From assembly GCA_965113315.1 (NCBI GenBank), contig OZ220364.1: a DNA stretch of 64,000 nucleotides. One strand, given 5' to 3'. Origin of the DNA: Podarcis vaucheri. Its lineage: Eukaryota. The notes beneath the pieces were generated by a model, which saw only the letters and a program-made list of their open reading frames with translations, was not told where the DNA came from and ran no database searches. Positions 13,193 to 24,355 of the stretch are shown piece by piece (position 1 is the first letter of the stretch; every line of letters starts with the position of its first letter). Made by a program: the position numbers and the translations under genes.

Positions 13193-15439
13193 ATGCACAC
13201 AACCACAGTAGTTTTATCAAGGCATCAGTTCTCTCTTATCGATAATGAACTGGAGGACTTTCCACCCCCACCCTGCTTAGGTGGCGAGCCAATTTGGGCT
13301 CGCCCGCAGAGGCTGATGGACCCCGAGAGATTCCGCCAAGCCTTGCGGGACCTTGCTCCCCCTGGCGACTCATTGACTGAGCTTGTTGAGGGCTGGAATG
13401 CCCAGCTCCTGGCAGCCATCGATGAGATCGCACCTAAGCGCCCTCTGCGACCCCGCAGAAACCGGGCTCCCTGGTTTACCGAGGAGCTTCGGAAAATGAA
13501 GCGGGACCTCAGACGGCTAGAGCGAGTATGGCGGGGTGCCCGTGACGGAGCCTCAAGAACATCTTATAGGGCTTTTATGAAAACCTACGAGATGGCGGTG
13601 AAGGCTGCTAAGAAGTCATACTTCTCGGCCTCCATTGCATCCGCTAGCTCTCGCCCAGCACAATTATTTAGTATTATTAGGTCTTTAACGTCCCTTGAGG
13701 GACAGCCAAATTTAAATAACAAATTGACACACGGCTGTGAGGCATTTGCGAGCTTTTTTGCGGAGAAGGTCTTGTCGCTCCGCCATGACCTCCCTGCCAA
13801 TTTGGATACAATAAAGGAACTGGAGGCCCCTCGACTGTCCTCGGGTCCAGTATTGGACCACTTCGACCAGATATCCCCAGCCGATGTGGACAGACTCCTC
13901 CGAGCTGGAAAGCCCACCACCTGTCCTCTCGACCCGTGCCCGTCTTGGCTGATTAGAGCGTGTCCAGACGAGGTGCGGGCCCCCCTGGGGAATATCATCA
14001 ATTTGTCCCTTGGCACGGGGACATTCCCAGGGGAACTGAAGGAGGCAGTGGTGCGCCCGCTCTTAAAGAAAACATCATTAGATCCTTTAGATCTATCCAA
14101 TTACCGCCCGGTTTCGAATCTTCCGTTCCTGGGTAAGGTGATTGAGAGAGCGGTTGCTGAACAGCTTGGTGGGTTTCTGGATGAAACATTGGCTCTGGAT
14201 CCATTCCAGTCTGGCTTCCGCGCTGGTCATGGGACCGAGACGGCTCTGGTCGCCCTAACAGATGACCTTCGTAGACAGCTGGATCGAGGCGGGTCAGGGC
14301 TGCTGATTCTTCTAGATCTATCAGCAGCTTTCGACATGGTCGATCACGAACTTTTGGACCACCGCCTTACCGACGTGGGGATCCAGGGCACAGTCCTTCA
14401 ATGGCTGCGCTCGTTTCTCTCTGGTCGGGGACAGAGGGTGGCGCTTGGGGGGGAATTGTCATCGCGCCACTCCTTGGTGTGTGGAGTACCTCAGGGTGCG
14501 ATACTCTCCCCGATGCTTTTCAACATCTTTATGCGCCCCCTCGCCCAGCTTGTTCGGAGATTTGGGCTGGGTTGTCATCAGTATGCCGATGACACCCAAC
14601 TCTATCTGTTGATGGATGGCCATCCTGACTCGGCCCCAGACACACTGACCAGATGTTTGGAAGCTGTGGCTGGATGGTTACGTGGGAGCCGGTTGAAGCT
14701 AAATCCTTCGAAGACAGAGGTCCTGTGGCTGGGACGGGGCGATATGGGATTGGGGGGGCAACTCCCATCTCTTGCGGGGGCGCAATTAGTGCCAGCACCG
14801 TCCGTTAAGAGTTTGGGTGTAATCTTCGACACCTCCCTTTCCATGGAGGCGCAGATTGCAGCTATAACAAAGGCGGCATTTTTCCATCTCCGCCAAGCTA
14901 AGCAGTTGGCTCCTTACCTCTCTCGCCCTGACCTAGCCACTGTGATCCACGCGACGGTCACCTCCAGACTGGATTATTGTAACTCGCTCTACGTGGGGCT
15001 GCCCTTGAGACTGACCCAGAAACTCCAGCGGGTGCAGAATGCTGCAGCGAGACTCCTTACGAGGTCTTCGCTGCGAGATCACATTCACCCGGTGCTATAC
15101 CAGCTGCACTGGCTCCCGGTGGAGTACAGGATCAGGTTTAAGGTGCTGGTTTTAACCTTTAAAGCCCTATATGGCCTAGGACCCTCGTACCTACGGGACC
15201 GCCTCTCCTGGTATGCCCCACAGAGAAACCTACGGTCTTCAAATAAAAACATCTTGAAGGTCCCAGGCCACAGAGAAGTTAGGCTGGCCTCAACTAGAGC
15301 CAGGGCTTTTTCGGCTGTGGCTCCGATCTGGTGGAACACTCTGTCACAAGAGACCAGGGCCCTGCGGGACTTGACATCCTTCCGCAGGGCCTGCAAGACA
15401 GAGCTGTTCCACCAGGCCTTTGGCCAGGGCACAGCCTGA
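13193..15439 (+). CDS. L2 ORF2 remnant with complete RT domain and C-terminus; APE endonuclease missing
   Basis: Motifs NYRPVSNLPFLGK, QSGFR, LDLSAAFD, GVPQG, QYADD, LHWLP, RAFS..AP..WN. No stops. The first ~17 codons look like flanking host DNA. Confidence 0.85.
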   Translation: MHTTTVVLSRHQFSLIDNELEDFPPPPCLGGEPIWARPQRLMDPERFRQALRDLAPPGDSLTELVEGWNAQLLAAIDEIAPKRPLRPRRNRAPWFTEELRKMKRDLRRLERVWRGARDGASRTSYRAFMKTYEMAVKAAKKSYFSASIASASSRPAQLFSIIRSLTSLEGQPNLNNKLTHGCEAFASFFAEKVLSLRHDLPANLDTIKELEAPRLSSGPVLDHFDQISPADVDRLLRAGKPTTCPLDPCPSWLIRACPDEVRAPLGNIINLSLGTGTFPGELKEAVVRPLLKKTSLDPLDLSNYRPVSNLPFLGKVIERAVAEQLGGFLDETLALDPFQSGFRAGHGTETALVALTDDLRRQLDRGGSGLLILLDLSAAFDMVDHELLDHRLTDVGIQGTVLQWLRSFLSGRGQRVALGGELSSRHSLVCGVPQGAILSPMLFNIFMRPLAQLVRRFGLGCHQYADDTQLYLLMDGHPDSAPDTLTRCLEAVAGWLRGSRLKLNPSKTEVLWLGRGDMGLGGQLPSLAGAQLVPAPSVKSLGVIFDTSLSMEAQIAAITKAAFFHLRQAKQLAPYLSRPDLATVIHATVTSRLDYCNSLYVGLPLRLTQKLQRVQNAAARLLTRSSLRDHIHPVLYQLHWLPVEYRIRFKVLVLTFKALYGLGPSYLRDRLSWYAPQRNLRSSNKNILKVPGHREVRLASTRARAFSAVAPIWWNTLSQETRALRDLTSFRRACKTELFHQAFGQGTA

Positions 15440-15641
15440 CTCCCTCCCTCGGCAATCTTCGCAGAGCTCTGGCCCAATGGTTGCTAGTGGCTTGAATTAA
15501 TTAATTTTTATAATGAATGATTTTAGAATGTTGTTTATGTTGTACCTTTGTACTGTTTTATTGTTGTTAGCCGCCCTGAGCCCGGCTTCGGCTGGGGAGG
15601 GCGGGATATAAATAAAATTTATTATTATTATTATTATTATT
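13245..15641 (+). mobile_element. Young 5'-truncated L2-clade LINE with (TTA)n tail
   Basis: Abrupt shift to GC/CpG-rich sequence near 13245 (boundary approximate), RT ORF, short 3'UTR with terminal hairpin, then ATAAATAAAATT(TAT)n. Confidence 0.92.
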
Positions 15642-16783
15642 GCTACCCAACAGAGGTCTGAATAAGAACTGTTTTAATACACAGGCTGCAGAATTTTCAT
15701 CTGAACAAAATTCAGTGAATGAATCATTCATTTCTTAAGGATTAACTGGGTCATTATATTTAATCCTTCTCTTAACTGGTGGACATGTGTTCCGCTTGAC
15801 TGTAACATTTTCACTGGATTTGTGTCACATTATGTTTACTTGCTTCTTAAAAGACTGAAAAACTAATGTGCTGTAGAAAACCAACTCTATTGCATTTCAA
15901 GATCCATTACCTGATTTTTCTGTACTTTCAGATACACAAATATATATACTGTTTTAATGTACTTGCTGAGAACAGTAAGGAAGCACCACCACCAGGGACA
16001 AGTGCATAACTCCTAGTGCATGTGTGATCCAATTGTATGAAGGAGATAAATACAACAGTTCTAGCCTAAAATTAGACACAGCCCAATAATTGGTGATGGT
16101 GTCATGATTAGACCTCTGAATCTTCCAATATCCTAATTTCTTGAAACATGTGGATCCCCAAATTTTAATATATCCCTGAGAAAGCATCTGCAAAGGATAT
16201 TTAACAAGTCTTATTTCTGAAACATTCACATCTCAGGGCAGCACTAAATTTATTTAGGAATGTTTTGTCATAGGGACAGGCACTCTGTGAGAGGACACCC
16301 TCAAATGCTCTCTAGTGTTAATCTGGATTTGATATGGGTATGTCCTTACTAGGCTCTGCTCTTTTGTAATATCATTGCACCTATGAATATGGTAAATGTG
16401 GCCCGTACCGCATGGAAAATATTATCTCTGAGAAATAATAAAAAAAGCATACACTTGTAAACCCAAAATGATCAAAATTTGTAAAATTAATTCAACATAC
16501 AGAATAACAGATTTTGATGCGAAAATTAAAAGTTTAGAAACATATTGTTTCTGTTCGAGTGCTTAAAAAATCATTAGTATGGAAAGGTGGGGTTGGAAAC
16601 CCTTAATTTTTGTGATGTAGACCCTCTCCCCCAACAGCTACAGTCCTTAGCAAGGTGAAATGGGATTATGGCTTAGATACAATTGGCGAGAGTCATGTGG
16701 TAGGATTTCTTTAAGGGCACCCCTAACCACTTCTCCATAATCCCCGCAGCCCCCCCCAAAATTTAATAAATAATAAATTAGAC

Positions 16784-16919
16784 CAGGCATAGGCAAACTC
16801 GGTCCTCCATATATTTTGGGACTACAACTCCCACCATCCCTGATCACTGGTTCTGTTAGCTAGGGATGATGGGAGTTGTAGTCCCAAAACATCTGGAGGG
16901 CCAAGTTTGCCTGTGCCTG
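16784..16919. mobile_element. hAT-type MITE, 136 bp, almost fully palindromic
   Basis: TIRs CAGGCATAGGCAAACT / AGTTTGCCTGTGCCTG; 8-bp flanks AATTAGAC / GATTAGAC (7 of 8 match). Confidence 0.88.
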
Positions 16920-17165
16920 GATTAGACAAATTAATGGAGGCTATCAGTGGCTACTAGTCTTCATAGCCGTATGCGGCTTCCAGAATCAGATGCACCCAGC
17001 CTCTGAACACAGTTGCTGGGGATGGGGAATAACAGCAAGAGGCTACTATTCCCACATGCCCTTGCTGTGAGTTGCCCATAAGCATCTGGTTAGCCACTGT
17101 GAGAAAGGGGTTGGGCTAGATTCGCCTTTAATCTGATCCAGCAGAGCTCTTCATGTATTCTTATG
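16920..17165 (+). mobile_element. CR1-type 3' end
   Basis: ATTAGACAAATTAATGGAGG...CTGATCCAGCAGAGCTCTT...TTCTTATG terminus. Confidence 0.55.
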
Positions 17166-18699
17166 ATTCGACAACGTACACATACTTCTGTACTTCCTGG
17201 GATTATCTGGTGTTTTGGAACAGAAAAAAATGATATTTATATATTACTCATTTTTCTGAAAGGCTTACCACTGACACTTGAACATTCCCACAAATATACC
17301 ACAAAAGCTAAATGCTATCACTCAAGTGAAAAATTCACACAAAATCTAAAATGCAGACACCAGTTGTTTGTGGAATGTTACAGAATAGATTGTAGACATA
17401 CTGAAACCTGCCGCCTGCCATTGCATCTCTCTTTCACTAAAAAGTGAAGCGAATGCAATTTATTGCAAATTCTATGTATCGTTTATAAAAGTGCCCCAGA
17501 TTTTCTTGTTTGCTTCAGTGGTAATTGGTTATTAAAATTGTAGGTTGGGCTGACCAAGCTATTCTTCCTGGGCTTATATTTTGTTTCACACCTGGACATA
17601 ATAATTCATTCTTCTGTACGGTACTGACTACTATCCCAGGTAACCTATGCTATTTCACAAATCCAAAGAAAACAATCCTAATCTTCATGACCCAGATCAA
17701 GCTACTACAACAAGAGAATTTTAGCAATGTCTGCAGCACCTGCAGCACTCTTCAAAACACCATTTGAAATTCCCTTTTCATCGTTCTGATAACACCATTA
17801 TTTGCTGCAGCAGAGCAACGAAGCTATGTAGTCCCTGATCCAAATCTCTACCCAATGATGTTTTCCATCCCTGCTCAATATCAGATGCTATGGTATACTA
17901 TGTGAATGCAGAAATGGTTCATCAAAGGTGCTTATTGTGCCATACAAAATATCATCAAGTGCTGTTGTACTCAGTTAAACCTGGACATGCTACTTATAGT
18001 CTCTGCAGGCTGTTTAACAATTTTGACTTCTACTCTGAAGGAAACTGAAATCCAAAATAAGAGGTCAAATCAAAACAACAAACAAACAATAAACCCAATT
18101 TGGCAAAAATCAATAAATAAAAGAGGGTTGGGGGAAGAGAAGTGGCATTATTTACAAAAGATGATGGTTATGAACAATCTTAGCAGTGCCATTTTGGCAC
18201 TGAAAAGACAACAAAAATGTATGTGCCTGGATATGCCAGAAACCCCCAAATTTTCATTCTAGCTTTCAGTACAAAATTAAAAGATTAATGAAACATAACC
18301 AGTGAAATGAGGCACAACAATACCTTCTAAGTCAAGCTTTTCGCACAAGCACACTAATATGTAACATCTAACCCTTATCCCCACATTTCACTTGCTTGGC
18401 AGGCTAACGTAGTAGTGAATTAGAACCATGAATAGAAGAAGTGAATAACATCTGGCAACTCCAATAATGCTGGCAGTGAAATTGCATTAGTGCTCTACTT
18501 TGCTCAATTATTCTACAGTTATATCACAAATATAAGTTGCAAAGAAAAAGGAAAATTCCCAAACATAATGCCCACAATGTAAAGTTACCAATTTCCTTTG
18601 TTGAAAGGGAAATGTACAATGTGCCTATGGGGAATTTCCACTCTGTTCACCAACACTGTATTCTCGCAACTTGGGTTTTGGCACATGTGCCGTAACATG

Positions 18700-19310
18700 A
18701 GTGTGTTTCATTAATCTGCACCAGTTTTGGCTGATATGCCAATTGTTCCCCTTTCCTGGAGAGAGGTCTGCCTTAGCCACGGTAATCCATGCTCTAGTCA
18801 TGCCCTGGCCTGGGTACTGTAATCTAGGGTATTGTGCTCTCTGTTGGGGGTGCATTTGAACTTTCCTTCAGCTAGTTCAAAATACAGCTGCCAGAGTTCT
18901 GACAGCTCAACCATGTAATACCACTTGGGCATGGAAGTTGGCTCATGTAACACCATCATTACAGCAAGTGCACTGTTTGTCAATGCATTCCTAAGTGCTA
19001 GCTTTAATAATTAAAACTTTTAACAAATTTGGCTTGATATATCTGAAGGACTGTCTAAAACGTTAATATCAAATTGACCATAGGTTAAAATCAACAACAG
19101 AGCCCTCCTAGTCTGCCCACCAGTTAGTTCAGGGAGGTTCTTTTCTGTGGTGACCTCACAGCTCTTGAACTTCATAACAACTTATTTCTGGAAGGCTACC
19201 ACACCACAGTGTTTTCAGAAGCCTTGGAAATCTACCTGTTTCAGGTAGTCTTCACATGACAGATATCTCTGAAGTTTTTATTGAGCTTTTAATTGTACTA
19301 TGAAATTATG
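18700..19310 (+). mobile_element. Decayed L2 fragment
   Basis: TTAGCCACGGTAATCCATGCTCTAGTC (LATVIHALV) and downstream degenerate C-terminal motifs. Boundaries approximate. Confidence 0.55.
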
Positions 19311-20165
19311 TTGTATTAGGGTTGCCATATGAGGGGTACTCAGAAAAATGGCCTATTCATATTTAAAAATAAAAATAAATTTCCATCTGAGTTACGAGTA
19401 ATTTTCAGGAGATGTAAACAAAGTAATTCATTCTGACATTCCATTTTGGCCTTTCTGGACATAGTAACCTGTGTTACGGTATCTCTAAGCAGTAACATGA
19501 AAGGGCACAAGGATTTCTTATGCATGTTCACAAAATGGTTTTCAATAGTATAGATGGATTTCTTCCTTTAGCAGTTCATCTAAGTCTCAGCATGACAAGA
19601 GACAATAGGGCAACAACTCTAGATCCTGTATGGTACCAGCCTATAAAGACCTGCATTTTGCAAGCAGATTCTTCCAAGAGGTTAACCTACTCTTCCAAGT
19701 TCTCTCAGTGGTAGCCTCTTAATTATGTCAATATGCATATGAGTGTTACATAATCTTGCCTCCTGGGCTAGAAAAGGAGGATATCTGCATGCAAATATTC
19801 ATTAAAAAGAAGCCAGCAATAATATCGTAATATCTTTACATACATAAAAGGAACTTGGCCTCAAAGCAAAAGATGACACACTACATTTGTATGCAAAGAA
19901 CACCACACAGGCTCATTTATGCCTGGGTATGTGAGTCTTGTACCGACAGCAGAATGTATTAATAATAAAACAATGAAATAAACTAGCACAGGAGGGCTTC
20001 AGATTTAGGGGATGATTGGAGAATACTAAACCATGATCTAAAGAAACCCGGGACTGTTGGAAACTTGATCATATACTGTTGGAACTCAGAGGAAGAATAT
20101 GTGACTGCGTGCCTAGTCAAGTAAAAAAGTTTAGCAGAGCATAGTCTGGGGTGATCCATATTCTA

Positions 20166-20822
20166 TTTTTTTTTTATAAAATTTTTATTGGTTTTACAGA
20201 ATTTTTAAAGAACAAACAAACACTTAAAAAGACATACAAACACGTATAACTTCATAACATTTTTTCATAAACCTCTTTTCCGGGACTCCCCCATACCCCC
20301 CCTTTCTGCATCCCAATGTCCAAAATTTTATAGCAACTCCCAATTGTTCCTTTCCACCTTCTGTCATCTTAGTCTTTTCTTTATTCTGACCTTATATCAC
20401 TGTATCCCTTTATTCCTGAAAACCACAACATTCTAACATTCATCAAGTTTATAATGGTCCTTAAGATAACTTTTGAATTTTCTCCATTCTTCTTCCGCCA
20501 TCTCTTTTCCCTGGTCACGGATTCTGCCTGTCATCTCAGCCAATGTCATATAGTCCATCACCTTCGTCTGCCATTCTTCCAGAGTGGGTAGATCTTGTGT
20601 CTTCCAATACTTTGCGATGAGTATTCTTGCTGCTGTTGTAGCATACATAAAAAAAAAGTTCTATCCCTTTTTGACACCAAATGGCCGGCAATGCCCAAGA
20701 GGAAGGCCTCTGGTTTTTTCAAGAAAGTACATTTAAGTACCTTTTTCATTTCATTATAGATCATTTCCCAGAAGGCCTTAATCTTCGGGCATGTCCACCA
20801 AAGGTGATAAAAGGTGCCTTCA
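20166..20822 (-). mobile_element. 5'-truncated L1-clade LINE (ORF2 C-terminus, 3'UTR, poly-A)
   Basis: YHLWWTCPKIKAFWE...AARILIAKYWK...LEEW C-terminal motifs with a frameshift at a homopolymer; 18-bp target duplication GGGGTGATCCATATTCTA at 20148-20165 and 20823-20840. Confidence 0.88.
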
Positions 20823-21066
20823 GGGGTGATCCATATTCTAAAGAGTAATCCATAGTGTGGCACAGGTACCTTACAGGGTTTACAGAACATGATTTTTCTT
20901 CCTGTCATATCTCAGGCTTTTCTGTGCATAACACAGTAGAGCGTGGAAACTCATGTCTGCCTAGGGTTTCTCTTTGCTGGATCAGGATGATGGACTAAAA
21001 TGAACTAGCCAAGAATGGATAAGAAGCCTCCTCTCAGGGAGAGCTCAGAGTTGTGAAACTGCATCA

Positions 21067-21429
21067 CAGCAGTAGGGAAACTCAGGCAAATATGCCCCTC
21101 CAGGCCTCTCCATCTAGGGTACTTCCCCTAGGCCATGCTCCCCTCCTCAGGCCACAACCCCCTCTTCTGAGGCTTCCTATACCCCTCGCTACCTGTGTTC
21201 TGCATCCTCCCTGAGTGCTTTTGCCTGGCGAAATAAGTCTGTGAACTGACAATGCCTATTTCTTGGATGGAGAGGTCTGTGTGTGCAGAAATCTCCAGCT
21301 TCTACATGGTTGCAGTACAACCTAGTCACATCTGTTGCCTAACCCACTTTTGCCTCTGTCTTCTTCCTTCAGTGGAAGGTTGCTTATAAGCAAATGCAGC
21401 TTTTAGGCTAATAAAGGTTTCCAACTCTG
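21067..21429. mobile_element. Decayed hAT-like non-autonomous element
   Basis: Degenerate termini CAGCAGTAGGGAAA / TTTCCAACTCTG. Confidence 0.4.
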
Positions 21430-21959
21430 CTATATAATTTAATGAGACTTCATTAAATTTTGTCACCTAAGGTCACAAAAAGAAAGGAAGAAAAAGAACA
21501 CAGCCTTAATTTATTTGAGCCGAAGTTTATCTTCCAGTAATCATTTAAAACCACATTCAGCACAGTTCCAAGTTTTCACCGATTTATCTGTACACTGGAA
21601 AAATGCCTGCCAGATTGTGGGAATGTACTGTATAAGAAAAGAAGCCCCCCCAATACAATTGGCAACTGCCACCACCTTTCCCGCTCTCAGCTGGATTTCA
21701 CCAGCTTTCCTTTTTGTAGCTCCCTCTTTTCTTCTCCGTTAGATGCTGTGTTTGTTTGTCTGCTTGCTTGCTTCCTCCATACAGAACTTGGGGCTTCCTT
21801 ACCCTCTGCTGCCTACTCCACTTTCCCCCTTTCTAGCTATTTGACCCTTCTCTCTTGGGTCTTCTCCCACCACCCTTGTTGGCCCCACCTTCCCCACAAC
21901 TCTCTTTCCCCCCAGGACACTAGTTTTGCCTAATACATCTCCTCTGAGGCACTTTGGAG

Positions 21960-22620
21960 GTAGTCATTCACAGATGCTCTGATCTGGACGCAGTATGAGC
22001 AGAGGTGACTTGGCCTGGAGGTGCTAATGGCCTGGATGAGGGCCAATAAACTGAAAATGAATTGTGACAAGATGATACTCTACTGGTGGGTTGCTTTGAT
22101 GTCAAGATAATAGGTAGATGCCCTGTTTTGGATTGGGGTCAACTTAATTGAAGAAGTACCCACAGCACCTGCTTCTTCAAGGGAGTTTAACTCCTTAAAG
22201 AGTCCATGGAGGCGGCAGCTAGTGTAGCATGTTACCTATTCTCCATGATCTGCACATGGTGCAGGGACCAAATACTTGTTGAAGTGCCTCTTTTTGTATG
22301 TCCCAGCCTGGTCATGGAGATCAGTAGAGGGTACCACCAAAGCAAGGCTAAGGGATGGCAACTTCGCTGAGGACCTTCTCTCTGTAGATTTCCCAGCATC
22401 TGGAGGCATGTCTGTCATCACCTATACTCCAAATCTGTTGGATACTGAAGACATGCCTCTTTACCCAGGCCTTTGAATCTTACTGAGATTGCTCTTTAGG
22501 GTCAATGAATTTAATGATTTTGTATTGTTGTCTACCTGTGTATTTTATATTCTTATTCTGAGCTGCTCAGCAATTTTTTAAAAACTAAGATTGATATATA
22601 AATGGATTTAATAAATAAAT
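21960..22620 (+). mobile_element. Decayed L2 fragment
   Basis: TGGATGAGGGCCAATAAACTGAAAATGAAT (WMRANKLKMN), the terminal KTCLFTQAF* peptide and an AT-rich tail. Boundaries approximate. Confidence 0.6.
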
Positions 22621-23861
22621 GATCTAAATGAACTAAATAATGCTGTCATTTGCTTTCCTTCTCAGACATTATTTGGAGTTTAACAGTTCTCACTTTCTAA
22701 ATTATATTCTCAGAAGAAATGTTTGAACAGCAGTTTTGAACCAGCAAGAGAGCCTTTGGGGCATAATTTGTGCTGTGAAAATGCCACCTGTCTGTGTGTT
22801 GAAGGCATTTTCCTTCCAGCTCACTGCATACCTAGAGCATTTGGACACCTAGTCAGAACTCTCACTCAGCAAATTAAATTATCCAGTCCCAATAATTCCT
22901 GAGCTCTTAGATACTATAAAAATAAAGTTCTTTTGCTTGTCATAAGGAACATGTGAGCTTCTGTAAAAATAAATAAATCATTTAATTGTTTGCACTGCTG
23001 TTTTTATATTATACCACTTAAAGGTTATTGCTAACATTACTTTCCAAGTGTGGAATCTAAGGTTTACTTTTGAAGTTCCAGTTCCAGAAGTATTTAGATA
23101 TTTCAAGCTGGAAGACAGACTAAGAAAGGGAAGCTAGTGGGTCAGCTTCTGGATTTGTTTTGCTCAGCATGTACAAAATGAGTGGCAGGCCAGATCAAGG
23201 TGCAATGAGGTTCTTAAAATGTGTTTATTTATTTAACTGCAGACCTGGCAGCTGGATGCTTACATAGTAATATGAAGCAGGGGACCCAGATATTTGAATA
23301 TATATATTTTTTGTCCACATAATATACGGTAACTCTGTTTTGGGTTTACACCTAAATACTTGAGGGTGCCTGTCAAAAACTTGTCATATTTATCCAGCTA
23401 TGGATCAATATACCTTACTGTGATTGCTATGAAATAGGATTGTTATTAATGCCTTGGATTCATAAACCAACTGAAACTTTGTCTTTTAGCCTTTCATGAT
23501 AAGCACATTTGCATTTTTGTCTATCAATTCTGGAGATATATTACACCTTCTCTATGCCATTCTTCATCTCCCGTAATTTCAGAAGAGGAAATTCTTTCTG
23601 GAAAGAGGAAAAAGCTTATTGCTAGAATGACAAATAGCCTTTTTGGCAACTTCTAATTTATTACAAGCCTGCCTTCCACCCTACACAAACAGGATGTATG
23701 TGTGCACACACACACACATGTTTGGATCATTGCTCAGCAACTGAAACCTAGTGCTGATAAGGTTTGGGCTTAGGAGGAGCACATGCTGCACTTTGTCAGA
23801 ACAAGCCAAGCTCCCACCACAGGACTGGAAGTTGAATGGATTATGATTCCATCAGCTAGGC

Positions 23862-24230
23862 TGTTATGTACTGAGTTGACTAGGATCCAAACTGCAGCAG
23901 TCTGATTGGTCCTAGAACAATAGGATCCAAATTGCAGCAGTCTGATTGGTCCTAGAACAATAGGATTCAGAATGCAGCAGTCTGATTGGTCCAAGAACAA
24001 TGCAGCAGTATGATTGGTTGGCAGGAACCACCCAATCATGCTCCAGATATAAGTGAATCCACAACCTGATTGGCTTACAGTAGAATTCCAGAATTAACCA
24101 ATCATGTGCAGCCCATTGTGTAAATAATGTATATAAGCAGATACTTTGAGGGGACTCGCATTCATTCCTCCTCACCACTATGAGCTGAATAAAGAGCATG
24201 AAATCACTTTGCGACTCTGAGTATATTTCA
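23862..24230 (+). repeat. 5' LTR, 369 bp
   Basis: Direct repeat of 28443-28811. Contains TATATAA (24130-24136), AATAAA (24188-24193) and internal 40-bp tandem units. Confidence 0.97.
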
Positions 24231-24231
24231 C

Positions 24232-24249
24232 TGGCGACGAGGATGGGAT
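24232..24249 (+). promoter_or_regulatory. Primer-binding site complementary to the 3' end of tRNA-Ser(GCU)
   Basis: TGGCGACGAGGATGGGAT, 1 nt after the LTR, is the reverse complement of ...AUCCCAUCCUCGUCG-CCA, the vertebrate tRNA-Ser(GCU) 3' end as I recall it. Confidence 0.88.
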
Positions 24250-24355
24250 CCCGCTGAGCTGACTGCCACACACAGCACCGCAGCACCGCCACCTGACGCA
24301 CCGCTGCCTCGCACCGTGTATCCAGGCTTCAGCTCCGGGACACAAGGAACTCAGA

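Noticed and set aside
23881-24020. Regular 40-bp repeats resembling a CRISPR array
   Set aside because: Head-to-tail tandem units without unique spacers, inside an LTR of a eukaryotic genome, with no cas genes.
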